Positions 20,584 through 33,703 of a stretch of DNA of 64,000 bases are shown here, in pieces. The DNA lies in assembly GCF_046119375.1 (NCBI RefSeq), contig NW_027362767.1:238080001-238144000 (forward strand). The letters are read 5' to 3'. Position numbers and translations under genes: made by a program. Numbering within the stretch: position 1 is the first letter of the stretch; each line of letters opens with the position of its first letter. Source of the DNA: Phyllobates terribilis (lineage: Eukaryota). Below the pieces are notes generated by a model. It searched no databases. It saw only the letters and a list, made by a program, of their open reading frames with translations, and was not told the origin of the DNA.

Positions 20584-23500
20584 GTGAGTATATACTGTGT
20601 ATATATATATATAATGTGTGTGATTGCCCTTTAAGTTCCTTTATGTTGTGCAAAGAAAAACAGCCTTTGGATTTTCCTGCTCGTTTAACAACTTTTCTTG
20701 GACAATCAGTTACTGGTGTATAAGCAGTCATTCTCCTGAGACATAGAACAGCCAGAGTGGGAATGCGTGTCTACCTGAATCCTATTAAAAAACATTTCCA
20801 CCAAAAACAGAGTCAGTGTCACTAACCTCTCTTGCCCGACCTTACAACATGTGTGGAGAGCTGCTAAGGCATTGTGTGCCTAGGAACAAAACTCACCAGG
20901 TGATGTAAAATTGCCCCTGGATGTGCACTGTGCACCATGCTACAAGCCTTACTCCATGCCTAATACAAGAAGTTACAGTGACATTTTAATATGTGGCCAT
21001 ACCTGGTTGACTCCTCTTGCAAATGGGGAAACAAATTGGACATGTTGAAATGCAACACACCCAGTCGTTTTTTCCTCAAAGATCTGAATACAGAGAGCTC
21101 CCTGGAACTTCTGAGATACTAATACAGCTGCGCTTCTTCTTTCCCTCCACCCTTGTGTCTGCTAGAGAGCAGTGATATATTTCCCATTGCTTTATACGAT
21201 ATAAGATTTTTTTTTGACTCCTTGCAGGTGTGAAACTAAAATCTCTGAAGTTGAACCCGAAGTTGAAAGTTATGTAGCGGGAGAAGTGTCAGACAGCTTG
21301 TTCCCGAAGAAATCCAACCAGGGTACAACAACGCTGTCATCACTCTTCAATACGAAGCCTTCCTCCGCTCAGCCCCTCTACGTTCCTGTTGTAATTGTGA
21401 GTTTTATTAAGGGGGTTGTATTTGACTAGAAAAAAAGATTCTTGCCTCCCGGTTGTGTTTGGCACTGCAGCTCTGCCCCATTCAGTTGTGGGCTGCAATA
21501 CCAGACAAAACTGAAAGAAAAATGTGTGTATGGCATATTATATTAGTTGGCACATCGTGCTAGTAAACTGTACAGTGTAATTGGGGACAACAAAAGTCAA
21601 TAATGGGGAAAGAATAATTCATAATCCACAAAATGTAAATAGAATGCAATTTATATATGAAGTACTTGTGGATCGCTAGCTGCTGTGAAACTAAAACTCC
21701 CAGCAAGGCCTGTCTGGCCCAATATTTTGAAAGGCTGCAGAGCTATAAGTTAGAGATAACTGTGATACCAAGTCAATGACCAATCTTGGTATGTTTACAT
21801 TTACTCTGATTTTACTTTTTTTTTTTTTTGATATATAGACAAAAACTAAAAGAAAATTTCCTGAGCCAGATGACGCAAAAAAGAGTAAGCAAGCGCCTGC
21901 TGTCCTTCAGGAAGCTGAGCCGAAGAGCAAGGTCGCTAAAAAAGAGCTGACCTTATCTGAAAAGCGAGTGGAGGACAGGTAAGATCAGGCCAATAAAGTG
22001 AAAACTACAGCTAAGGCTCCAAGGCAACTTTTTAGGATCAAAAGGTGGCTTGTGACTTTTTTTTTTTTTCTTCCCCCATTCACAGGAAGGGCCGCTTCAG
22101 ATGTCCGTGAACTTTATCCGTGCACAATCTGTCTGCGGGCCTCCCAACCCCGAACTCGACAACCTCATATATTACTATGAGGCTTTCGCAGTTAGGTCGG
22201 AAGACTTGCAGACAATGTGTGCTTGGCAGTCCGTGCTCAGAGTTTCACGGACGTCTGACGCAGCCCTTATGCTTGGATTTTACTCTTAGGCAACTCTGTG
22301 GAGTCATAACCTAATTGATAACAGACAGCGTGGGCCCAATTCTCCGATTGCAGCTCCGCGAGTTGTGGGATGGCTATTACTGATTCTGACATTACATGAA
22401 AAAAAAAAAACACGCAGCCCTTGTATGTTGCTGCCAAGATGTTCTGCATCAGTAAGCATTCAGTGAACCAATTAAAAAAAAAAAACAATTCCCCTACAAT
22501 ATACCTGAATACTGTAAATCCAGATCATTGATTACTGTGAAGGTGCTTCATATACATTTGCTTTGGACCGTGGACGTCATAGCGGCCCGGGCACTCTGAC
22601 TGGTCACTTGGCAGATCTCATGTTGTCTGCCTTGATTTTATTTTCTGTGCAGCAGTATTTTGTGTGACTTGATCCTTGGCAGGGTGTGTTCACCTACCTG
22701 TGTTTACATCCATAAAAACTCATTTTGGCCCCCTTTTTTTTTTTTTTTTTTGCACTGTTGCAGGGAGCAGGCACTGACAAATGCAGATGAGGCTGAAAGA
22801 AAGAAAACCGCTAAAATGAAAAACCTAAAAAGCAATAAATACTCTGAAGATGAAGACATGACAAAGCAGGAGAAAAAGAAAATGATTATGGCTGAGGAGC
22901 GGGTGAAGAATAAAAGAACTGTCTTTGTTGGTAATTTGCCATCTTCCTGCACTAAACAGGTATGTGGGAACAGATCTGGAAAAGTATTGCATGAAGTCAG
23001 GTGGACACAGAGGTATAGTCCCTATACAAAAGTAGTGTTGGCTTATCACAATTAATCCAGGTATTTCAGTTTATATAGATAAGCGCCACTCTTGCCCACA
23101 GGCCATGTCTGGTATTGCAGCTTGGCCATATATGCACGTGTCAGCCTAAGGGCCTTTGTTTCTGAATACAATTTTTTTTTTCTAAGATATAGCAAAGTTA
23201 GAGTATTACAGCAATGGCCGGATCCTTGTTTCAGGATAGCGGGTCAAACCAAACAATCCATCCTCCAGTGTGGCTATTTCTTACCAGTGTCGGACATGTT
23301 TAGGGTTTTTCTTCCATTAGTATGAAACTACTTCCTGGCTTTAATGACTGTACCCTTCACTTCGTCTGTGATTATGTGATTTTTGTTTGTTAGATGCTGA
23401 AGTCTTGCTTTAAAGAGTTTGGAACGATCGAGACGATGAGATTCCGTTCTGTGGTATGTTTCCATGTTAAAGGTTTATTTTATTATCTTTTTTTGTTTTT

Positions 23501-26500
23501 ATGAAAATCAGGTCCTGGAGGGATTGTCCTGTCTAGACTGCATCCCTTTATTTTGTTGCTGTCTCCAAATCAAAATTGAACATGTGTGGAAACCTTTCCA
23601 CCCTCCGGATCATCCGATATTGCCTGGAAAGCTACACAATTATCTATTACATGGCACCCACATAAATGCATTGGAGGCGGTGAATTACATGATTGGGCCA
23701 AGTTTTACCTGACTGAGTAGGAAATCCCTGGTTGATTTGATCTTTGAAAGCTTTCATATTAGATTCCTGAAATACTCTCATCTTGGGCTTTATTCACATC
23801 TGCTTTGTGACTTTCATTTACTGCTGCCCACACCACTACCTACATACAAAAATCTGCACCAGCTACTGGCTCGTTCAGACCAACGTAATGTACGCACACC
23901 GAGGGCACACACACCCATTATAGCCGATGGATTAGGAATAGGGCGCATAGTCGGGACCACCTAGTGTAGGTGCTATAGTGTACATAGGCTGCAGTGCTCG
24001 TCTTGATTTTGGTGTTCACATATCTGTTGTATGACTTATAACCGGGTCCATTATTATGTCAGAAAACAAAACGCAGCTCTACTTTCCCATCAACCATTAC
24101 ACATTCTGCCATACAGGCCACCAGTTCAGTATCCAATGCAGATGTGAACACGGCCTTATGCTTTGTGCTGTTGACATGCCAGGTGTCATATAAGTGCTCA
24201 TTTTTATTTATTCCCCCTCCCTTCTTTCTATGTTAAGGCTCGAGCAGACCCCACTGAATCAAGAAAAATTGCTGCTATTAAGTGAGTTGACTTTAGATAT
24301 ATTTTGCAGCTATTTCTCTTTCCTTGGTGCCCATACTATGTGATAGACATATGAGTGCTCCCCTCTCATGGCTGGTCACCTTTACATACAGTGGGTACGG
24401 AAAGTATTCAGACCACTTTACATTTTTCACTCTTTATTTCATTGCAGCCAATTGGTAAATTCTAAAAAGTTTTTTTTTTCTCAGTAAAGTACACTCTGCA
24501 CCCCATCTTGATTGAAAAAAACAGAAATGTAGATATTTTTTGCAAATTTATTAAAAAAGAAAAACTGAAATATCACATGGTCATAAGTATTCAGACCCTT
24601 TGCTCAGTATTGAGTAGACCCCTTTTGGGCTAGTACAGCCATGAGTCTTCTTGGGAATGATGCAACAAGTTTTTCACAGCTGGATTTGGGGATCCTCTGC
24701 CATTCTTCCTTGCAGATCCTCTGCAGTTCCGTCAGGTTGGATGGTGAACGTTGGTGGACAGCCATTTTCAGGTCTCTCCAGAGATGCTCAATTGGGTTTA
24801 GGTCAGGGCTCTGGCTGGGCCAGTCAAGAATGGTCACAGAGTTGTTCTGAAGCCACTCCTTTGTTATTTTAGCTGTGTGCTTAGGGTCATTGTCTTGTTG
24901 GAAGGTCAACCTTCAGCCAAGTCTGAGGTCCAGAGCACTCTGGAAAAGGGTTTCATCCAGGATATCTTTGTACTGGGCCGCATTCATGTTTCCTTCAATT
25001 GCAGCCAGTCGTCCTGTCTTTGCAGCTGAAAAACACCCCCATAGCATGATGCTGCCACCACCATGTTTCACTGTTGGGATTGTATTGGGCAGGTGATGAG
25101 CAGTGCCTGGTGTTCTCCACTCATACCGCTTAGAATTATCAACTAAAAGTTCTATCTTCGTCTCATCAGACCAGATAATCTTATTTCTCATAGTCTGGGA
25201 GTCCTTCATGTGTTTTTGAGCAAACTCTATGTGGGCTTTCATATGTCTTGCACTGAGGAGTGGCTTCCGTCGGGCCACTCTGCCATAAAGGCCCGACTGG
25301 TGGAGGGCTGCAGTGATAGTTGACTTTATGAAACTTTCTCCCATCTCCCTACTGCATCTCTGGAGCTCATCCACAGTGATCTTGGGGTTCTTCTTTACCT
25401 CTCTCACCAAGGCTCTTCTCCCACGATTGCTCAGTTTGGCTGGACAGCCAGGTCTAGGAAGACTTCTGGTGGTCCCAAACTTCTTCCATTTAAGGATTAT
25501 GGAGGCCACTGTGCTCTTAGGAACCTTGAGTAATGCAGAAATTCTTTTGTAACCTTGGCCAGATCTGTGCCTTGCCACAATTCTGTCTCTGAGCTCCTTG
25601 GGCAGTTCCTTTGAGCTCATGATTTTCATTTGGTCTGACATGCACTGTGAGCTGTGAGGTCTTATAGAGACAGGTGTGTGCCTTTCCAAATCAAGTCCTA
25701 TTAGTTTAATTAAACACAGCTGGACTCCAATGAAGGAGTAGAACCATCTCAAGGAAATGGACAGCATGTGACTTAAATATGAGTGTCTGAGCAAAGGGTC
25801 TGAATATTTATGACCATGTGATATTTTAGTTTTTCTTTTTTAATAAATTTGCAAAAAATGTCTACATTTCTGTTTTGTTTTTTTTTGTTTTTTTCAGTCA
25901 AGATGTGGTGCAGAGTGTACTTTAATGAGAAAAAAAATGAACTTTTTAGAATTTACCAAATGTCTGCAATGAAACAGTGAAAAATTTAAAGGAGTCTGAA
26001 TACTTTCCGTACCCACTGTAGATGCTTGAGGGACGGCCTTCATCCCCGTATAGAAGTCATTGCTTGTCATTTCTGTTAATGTTTGACTGATTCTGCTAAC
26101 ATCATCTTTTTTAATGTTTGATTAGTTGATCTTACCTAATTTAGGGTATTTAAAAAATGTTGTTTTCTAAACTTAGACAGCCCCTTTAATATTTTTTTTT
26201 TCATATTCTTACCTTTTCATTCAACCAACCCTCCCTCGCTTGGCAGAAGGGGAGGATTCTCTTAGTCTGGGACTATCCTCTTTTTTACTGTATGCTGAAT
26301 ACTAAAAACAGAAATCTAGTATAAAGGGCAGGAAAAGTGTTAATGTAATATCATAACCATCAGTCTATATATAAGGAAAGTACCTGTTTTAGGCGTTCTC
26401 TTTTCTCCCCTCCTAGTTTTTGGTTTGACTTGATGTAACCATGCTTGGAATGTACATTCTGCTATTTACCATCTTATAACAACCTAGTCATGTATATTTC

Positions 26501-29500
26501 AAGTTATATTCACATTAATGTATGAAAATTTTATTTTCAATAAAAACAAGAAACATCAGTCTGTTCAATCCACTGTTTCTGCTGCAACTATGTCATCACT
26601 TATGTGACTCCTGCAGCCAATCACTGGTTTCATAAGTGACCCTGACATGTTCAGCACATGATCACTGAGGCCAGTGATTGTCTGCAGTGTCGACATGAAC
26701 AATCGACACAAAAGTCGCCTTTTGGAGCAGCCGGCGGATTAAATAGGTAAAATAATATTTTTTTATTCTTTTACCCAACATGTTTCTAGTCCAGTTTTAA
26801 AAATTTCGGGCAACACCTTTTCATTTTAACCTCTGTAATGTAATTTGTCTTCTAGGCGAAATCTGCATCCTAAGCGGAAAAGCATAAATGCTTATGTGGT
26901 GTTTAAGGAAGAAGACAGTGCTACCAAGGCTATTGTAAGGTAATGTTACTAGCTCTGCTCTTGTTCTGGGCGACAACCCCCTATGCGAGATGTAATGTGG
27001 ACCTCTTTGGTTGTTGGACCGCTTTCCGAGGATGTGCAACAACCGTTGTATTTGATATCGGTGGAGTAAATGAAGATGTTCTGCAGCAGCCAATGACATG
27101 ACCAGTTTTGCTCTGCTATAAACCAATGCACTTGTTTTTTTGTTTTTTTTTCAGAAATGGTTTTGAGATCGGCAGTGGATTCCATATCCGAGTTGACCTT
27201 GCTTCAAAAAGCCCAACAGTAAGTGTCCTGCACGTTCCGCTGCCATTAGAAATGGTTTTCAGCAGAGTCTGGTTTTTGATTTTTTTTTTTTTTTTCTTTT
27301 TACAGCACAACAACAAGAAGACTGTATTTGTAGGAAACCTTCCTTATGGTAAGCTGCGCTTCTCCACAGTTCTGATACACTGCACGAGCTCCTTTGCATA
27401 TACTGCCATTTCCCACATCTGTTCTTCCTGGAGGACTTGGCATTGTACAGAAATTCCATTGATTTCAATGGGAACGGTGTAATACTTAATGTGGCCTGTG
27501 GTGGCGCTGCAGGGAAAGTGAGAACTTGCCGCAGGGTTCATCCACAGATTGTAGCTGATTGCTATGAGGTCCAGCAGTGGGGCACCATGTGATCAGTTTA
27601 AAACTTGGGACCAATCGAATAAAAGTTAAACCTAAAAAAATCAAATTCCTGTTGCGACCCCTGTGATCAGCTATCATCTGTGGGGGTAAAACCTGGCAGT
27701 AAGCACTTATTTTTTCTACTGCTTTGACTCACAAAACCCCTAAGGTCAGAGATTGCCCGCAGCGGTCTCAACCCCTTCAATCAGACTTCTATGAAAATTC
27801 ATTTGGCTAATGGCCCTCCATTGTATTGGGCACCATTCAGACCTTAATTATATCATTCTTCTTCTACTTTCCTTTTAGACATTGAAGATGAGGCGCTCAG
27901 ACAGCACTTTTCTGATTGTGGCACCATAGAAGGTGTTCGTATTATCAGAGATAAGAGCACTGGGATCGGGAAAGGTTTTGGCTACGTTTTGTTTCAGGTA
28001 TGTAATGGGAACAGATGTACCATCGTGTACTCCTGCTATTTTGCTTTTTTTTGTATTGGTGTGAGAACACGACAGATCAGAATATTTTGTATGTGCCCAT
28101 ATAGACATCCCCTAAAAGTGTGAATTAATCTACATTCATTTGCATATAAATATTTTTTTCATCGCAAAACTAAGGGTTTACCCCTCACTTTAGGATAGTG
28201 GGCAAAACCATAACCTCTGTCTGGAAAATAGGCAGAGATTTAATGTTTCCATCCACTGTTCTAAAATAAGGAATGAACCTATTGGTTTTGTGATGAAATG
28301 CCTTTACTTTTAGGGATCCTCTGGGGAGATTAAAAAAACTGCATTTATCTCTACATACTGTCAAAAACTTCAAAGAGTCATCCCTTTTTCTGTTGTCATA
28401 TAGCTCTGCATGTGATTTTACAATCCCTCGATGTGACTTCACATCACAGCACCGCTGCTGCTCTGGAGTGATCCCCCTCCCTTCTGAGGGGTGTGCGCCG
28501 CTTCTACTTTATGCAAGCCAGACCCCTGACCGAGCCTCCTCTCCAATCACAGATCAGGGGCATGGCTTCCTTCTTGCTTTTTATGCTAGCCAGCCCCCTG
28601 ACAAAGCCTCATTGCTGACTGTGGACATGTTTGTTGTTCCCCCTCCCTCTCCCTGCTGTTCTATAATGGCTTGCTTTAGATGTCCCATAAGAATTGTGAG
28701 GGAGCGCAGAACGAGTGTGTGTACTGTCATGGCTCCTTCTGCACTTCCTTCCTGCTCAATTACAGCTCTTATGTGATAACTCATGGCTCCTTCTCGCTTC
28801 TTCTGTGCTTGTCACACTTCTCGACACTTCACATACAATCTGTGAAGCAGTGTGGAGGGAGCGGGATGTGTACTGTCATGGCTCCTTCTCGCTTCCTCTG
28901 TGCTATTGTCACACTTCTTGACATATCACATACAATCTGTGAAGCAGTGTGGAGGGAGCGGGATGTGTACTGTCATGGCTCCTTCTCGCTTCCTCCCTGC
29001 TCCATTACAGCTCTTATATGACAACTCATGGCCCCTTCTCGCTTCCTCTGTGCTATTGTCACACTTCTTGACATATCACATACAATCTGTGAAGGAGTAT
29101 GGATGAAGTCATCGGCAGGTTTTCAAAGTGTTTGCACTTAAAATGATTGGATGTTTAAATAATTTGTCCGTTCTCTTCCACATCGGGAGGTCTAATGAAT
29201 AGGATAAATGCGTGTAGACTTGAAGGTCGTTGGTGTCGCTGATCTCCCGTGGCAGAAGTGAGCAATAATAGGACAAAGTGTGTAAGGGCTGGGCAGTAAT
29301 GTAATTTTTTAACCATCAAACTACTTAGGTGCAATCAGCATCTGCCGTGCTGCCGCAGTGTATGAGACCAGCATTAAAGGAGTCGTCCTATCTCAGACAT
29401 TAATGGTATTTGCACAGGATATGCCATAATGGTCCGGACTCAAATCTACCAGACATTTCCTACGGATATCTGCTGTCTGACTGTCTAAGACTGGGATACC

Positions 29501-30073
29501 CCTTTAATTCTATTAGCCGACTAGCCAAACACTTCACAGTCTGAATTAGACTGCTCCAGTCTAACAAACCTCACTGTTTTCCAAACCATTATTTATTTAT
29601 TTTTGCAGGGAACCGACTCCGTGCTGCTTGCTCTTAAGTTGGGAAATTCTGAGCTGATGGGGCGAAAACTCCGAATAAAACGATGCATCTCCAATGATGG
29701 AAAAGGACCAGAGAAAAACAGCAGCTTCAAGCCGAAGTTTCAGTCGCTAAACAAAGGACAAGTGATGAAACACTCATTTGTGGGCGAGAGGGCAAATGGT
29801 GCAAAAAGTAAAAACAAAAGGCCAAACAATAAGATAAATCAAATGGCCACAAAAGCAAACAATAAGCCGTTCAATAAACCAAGGGACAACCAAACAAACA
29901 ATAAGCCGTTCAATAAACCAAGGGACAACCAAACAAACAAGAAGCCGTTCAATAAACCAAGGGACAACCAAACAAACAAGAAGCCGTACAATAAGCCAAG
30001 GGGCAATCAAGCAAATAAGAATCAGTTCAATAAGCGGTACAAAAAGCCAAACAAGCAAGCGCACAGGAAATGA
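20519..30073 (+). CDS. RBM34: RNA-binding motif protein 34 (two RRMs, nucleolar Nop12 family), 11 coding exons, 482 aa
   Basis: join(20519-20583,21228-21396,21839-21978,22764-22959,23394-23453,24238-24281,26856-26939,27155-27218,27306-27348,27879-27997,29609-30073) = 1449 nt. All introns GT-AG with consistent phases. RNP motifs [35 protein letters not shown], and [16 protein letters not shown], as in vertebrate RBM34. Confidence 0.95.
21228..21396 (+). CDS. RBM34: RBM34 coding exon 2
   Basis: TTGCAG acceptor; [11 protein letters not shown]...LSSLF...QPLYVPV; GTGAGT donor. Confidence 0.92.
21839..21978 (+). CDS. RBM34: RBM34 coding exon 3
   Basis: TAG acceptor; TKTKRKF...SEKRVEDR; GTAAGA donor. 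Confidence 0.9.
22764..22959 (+). CDS. RBM34: RBM34 coding exon 4
   Basis: EQALTNAD...[18 protein letters not shown]; GTATGT donor. Confidence 0.95.
23394..23453 (+). CDS. RBM34: RBM34 coding exon 5
   Basis: [20 protein letters not shown]. Confidence 0.93.
24238..24281 (+). CDS. RBM34: RBM34 coding exon 6
   Basis: [15 protein letters not shown]; GTGAGT donor. Confidence 0.9.
24389..26018 (-). mobile_element. Full-length Tc1 (DD34E) element, antisense in an RBM34 intron
   Basis: TA TSDs. TIRs of about 215 bp starting CAGTGGGTACGGAAAGTATTCAGAC with an internal direct repeat. Length 1630 bp. Confidence 0.96.
24604..25620 (-). pseudogene. Tc1 transposase with a single premature stop
   Basis: [10 protein letters not shown]...STQY* in one frame of 339 codons, broken only by TGA at 24913-24915 (probably CGA>TGA). 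D34E spacing. Confidence 0.92.
26856..26939 (+). CDS. RBM34: RBM34 coding exon 7
   Basis: [27 protein letters not shown]. Confidence 0.95.
27155..27218 (+). CDS. RBM34: RBM34 coding exon 8
   Basis: [21 protein letters not shown]. Confidence 0.95.
27306..27348 (+). CDS. RBM34: RBM34 coding exon 9
   Basis: [14 protein letters not shown]. Confidence 0.95.
27879..27997 (+). CDS. RBM34: RBM34 coding exon 10
   Basis: [14 protein letters not shown]...[12 protein letters not shown]. Confidence 0.96.
28700..29100. repeat. Degenerate tandem repeat (about 97-bp unit) in the last RBM34 intron
   Basis: CACATACAATCTGTGAAG at about 28830, 28927 and 29077, and recurrent TCATGGCTCCTTCTCGCTTC. Confidence 0.8.
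29609..30073 (+). CDS. RBM34: RBM34 last coding exon, with a 39-bp/13-aa tandem repeat
   Basis: TTTTGCAG acceptor; [22 protein letters not shown]...; ([13 protein letters not shown])x4-5; TGA at 30071-30073. Confidence 0.95.
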   Translation, partial: GTDSVLLALKLGNSELMGRKLRIKRCISNDGKGPEKNSSFKPKFQSLNKGQVMKHSFVGERANGAKSKNKRPNNKINQMATKANNKPFNKPRDNQTNNKPFNKPRDNQTNKKPFNKPRDNQTNKKPYNKPRGNQANKNQFNKRYKKPNKQAHRK

Positions 30074-30148
30074 ACTGGACAGAGAAGTAATACAAAGACA
30101 GTTTTATGTATCCTGCAGACTCGTGGCTGCTTGCGTTTGACAAAATTA

Positions 30149-30501
30149 GGCTATGTTCACACATCCAGTAATCATCAGTTAGAAAGGATCCGACAGTAAT
30201 CTGTTAACAAACACAACTTTTTTGTCCAGCTTAAAAAAAAAAAAAACTGATTTCAACTGGATCCGCTCTTTTAACATTGAAATCTATGGAAAATTGATCA
30301 GTTAAATATCCATCCATTTTTGTTCCGATTCAAACTGATCCAATAACCAAAAAAACGGATTCTTTTCATATGAAAGAAAAACTGATGGCTATTTAACTGA
30401 TCAGTTAAAATCTTTTTTTTTTTTTTTTTTAGCTGGATAAAGTTGTCTGCACAACTTTCTTGTTAACCAATTACTGCTGGATCCCTTCTAACTGATGATT
30501 A
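30149..30501. mobile_element. Harbinger-like foldback MITE in the probable RBM34 3' UTR
   Basis: TTA-GGCTATGTTCACAC start. Inverted arms TAATCATCAGTTAGAAAGGATCC (from 30169) and GGATCCCTTCTAACTGATGATTA (to 30501). ATTAAA at 30659 and AATAAA at 30891 lie downstream. Confidence 0.6.
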
Positions 30502-31861
30502 AGTCTATGTTCAGGTGCCCAGTATGTTATGAGTGTCTTTAGAAGTGCAGATGAAGCATATGTGGTTTGTTCTCATTTTGTTTTTTTTACCCATTACAGA
30601 ATTAATCATTATCCAAATTGTTTTAAAAAAAAAAACAAAAAAAACATAAAGGTAAAAAATTAAACAGTAGTCGTCATATTTTTTTTTGACCACTAAACAT
30701 TGATTGTGCTGGCTACTTGTGAACAAAGATCGGGAGGGAGACATGAGTGATTTTGCAGAGTTACCCAGTGAAAAAAGTTTTTGTTTTGTTTTTAGATCAA
30801 TGTGGCTGAGCTGCAATACCAGGCACAGCCTATTGACGAGTGGGGTGCTGTTACTTGGGGGAGGGGAAAAAACTTCTCTAATTCCATAATAATAAACACA
30901 GTAAATTTATGATGTATTTTATCTACCTGCTGTTACTAAGCATTACCCACTAGTTAGAAAAGTTTCAGGTGTTGCAAAATGTTTGTGCAGAAACTTCTTT
31001 CTCCAAATTTTGTAACTGTGAACTAGCATAGAAGAATAATAAATTCCCCTCCAGGGAGATCTCTCCTGCCTTCAGCACATATGTGGTCACTGAGTAGTCC
31101 TTTGCCCACCGAGGCAAAGCATCATTCTTCATAAACCTATATGAGAACTTTTAAGTGAAAATGGGAAGAGGACCAATTTTACTTTGGTCTATGAAATTAA
31201 TTGGGGCATGCAGTATTTTTTTGCTACCTAAATGTGAGATGGGCACGCACTTTCCAAACAAACAAGGGTCCAATAGTTCTTCCCTGGGTGGCACTGTTTC
31301 TAGGGGAAAAAAAAAGTACATTTTTTTATTGATCACATTGGCTCACGCTGGTGATGCTTTAGATGGTTCCACCTTTCGGTTATTTTAATTACCACCAAAA
31401 ATTTGCGCCAATTTTTTGGTGCATGAGGTCTCTTTACAAGCCACAACCCATTTTCCATCTAGGCTTTGTCTCTCGGTGTGGAAGATAAATTTACTACCAA
31501 GTTTCCTTCCAGTTTCACTGGGGGTCCCAGCTGCAGGGCAGACACTCTGTGATCTGATTATTGACAAAGGACAACAAGTAGGGGTTTTCCAGAGCAATAA
31601 ACCCCTCTATTAAATAAAGGGAGTCTGTCATGGGCCAGGTAAGGTAAAACACAAGTTGAAGCACATCAGTCTAGTCCTATATACACTTTATATCTGCAGA
31701 GAAAATTAGCATTTTATGAAAGTTCTCTTTGTCTTTCGGGTCTTTATGGCTGAGTTGCTGCGGTTCCTTCCACTTCTTAATAATATCACTCACAGGTGAT
31801 GGGGGAAGATTCAGGAGGAAGAAATGTCATTAACGGACTTGTTACCCCGGTGGCTCCTATT

Positions 31862-33703
31862 AGGTTAAGTGCACACTGAGCGGTTTTGCAGTGTTTTTTC
31901 TGCACGGAAATGTGCCAAAAACGCCTTGTAATCCATCTGCCAGCTAAAGCAATGGCAATCCTGCTGTGCACATGATGCAGAAATTTCCACTCAGGATTGT
32001 CATTGCGTTAAAATATGCAACATGTCCATTCTATGTAGTGTTTCCCGCCAATTGACTTTAATTGAACTGCAGCAAGCTCGCAGGTATAAATATATTTGCG
32101 GATTTGCTGCGGTTGTTTGCTGCGTATTTGACTAGTCAATGGGTCAAATATGCTGCAAAAAATGCAGATGGAATGGTACCCGGGTCGGCTGGGGAAGACT
32201 ACTTCTCCCATCATCTGACCGCCACTCCCGCTGATAACAGCGAGAGCGGCGCAGCTGAGGGGAGCAGTAGTCTCCTCAGCCGAGCCGGTGTCTGCTGTGC
32301 ACTGTGTTAAAAAAATAAATAAATAAATCTCTTAATAATTTAAAAATAACACGATTCTCACCTGTCCGGCGTCCTGATCACCCAGTGGTACACTGACAGG
32401 AGCGCGCTTGCTCCCGGCAGTGTACATCGTTGCTGCTGGGACTGAGGTCACGCGAGTTCATCAGCTGAGAGCTCCGGGACCTCAGTTTACGGCATCGGTG
32501 CTGTGTGGGAATATTCCCATGTACTCTGATGCAGTAATGAGGTCACCAGAGCTGATGAACTCACCTGACCTCAGCCTGCAGCAGAGCAATGTACACTAAT
32601 AGGAGTGATTACAGTGATTGATGTGGCTGCTGTAGAAGTGACCCGGATCGACTTGGGACAATATGGATTATGTCAGGACGGTGGACGGGTGAGGGATATG
32701 GTTGTTTTTTATTTTGTTCAGGAGACGAGGGATTCGGGGATTGGCAGAATAATAAAAAAAAAATTAAAACCGTGTGTAACTTTATTTCAATAAAATACTT
32801 TATTCTGGCCGTGTCTTTTATTGAAAAAGAATTGAAAACTTTACTACGGGGTTAGTAATCGGGGTGTCTTATAGACGCCTCCATTACTAACCTGGGCTTC
32901 ACGTCAGCCGCCAATACAAGGCTGACATGAACCCCACTCGCCTCCGCTACAGGGCAGTGGGAAGACCGGAGGCTAAGCACCAGATTTGGCGTATCTTATG
33001 GATGTGCCATTTCTGGGACTGCTGAGGGCTGATATTATTAGCCGCGGAGGAGGCCAGGATCCACAGCCCTTTTCCTGGCTATTAATATCAACCTGCAGCT
33101 GTCTGTTTAGCCTTTGCTGGTTAGATTTTATAGGGGGACCCTACGTCAATTTTTTTGGGGGGTCCTCCTGTAATCTAGCCTGTAAAGGCTAAGCAAATAG
33201 CTGTGGGTTGTTATTAATAGCCAGGGAACATTTTTGGCTAATGGTCCCTTCCCCAGCTACTAATATCAGCTCCCTCTGCTAGTTATAAAAATGTTGCGGG
33301 AGCCCACGCCATTTTTATTTTTTTCCATTTTAGGCTATGTGCCCACAATCCGGATGTAGCAGCGCTTTGGTGCAGCATATTTTTGCGCGTTCTATTGAAC
33401 ACAGGTAAATCCGCATGTGTTTACTGAACCATGCGGATTTATTGCATTCAATACATTCTCGTGGTCAAATTTCTGTTGTGGAGACTAGAGACTGCGCAAG
33501 AGAATTAGACATGCTGCTGTCCTGAAAGACACGCCGCATGTCAGTGTCCACAGGTGATCCATAGCCTCAGATGCACTCATAGTGGACACGGGATTTCTAG
33601 AAATCCCATCCACTATGCTGTAACATCTGGACGCTGTGGATTTGAAGCTGCATAAACACACAGCTTCAAACCTGCAGCAGCTCTGGATCGAGGGCATGTA
33701 CCC
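31862..33703. mobile_element. Composite non-coding repeat with Harbinger-like foldback modules
   Basis: GTGCACAC/GCCCAC-type ends and self-complementary blocks (31862-32190, 33332-33703). No credible ORF. Boundaries approximate. Confidence 0.4.

Noticed and set aside
26940-27154. Non-repetitive short RBM34 intron considered as a snoRNA host
   Set aside because: No properly spaced C/D boxes and no hairpin-H-hairpin-ACA arrangement could be identified by eye. snoscan, snoGPS or Infernal would be needed.
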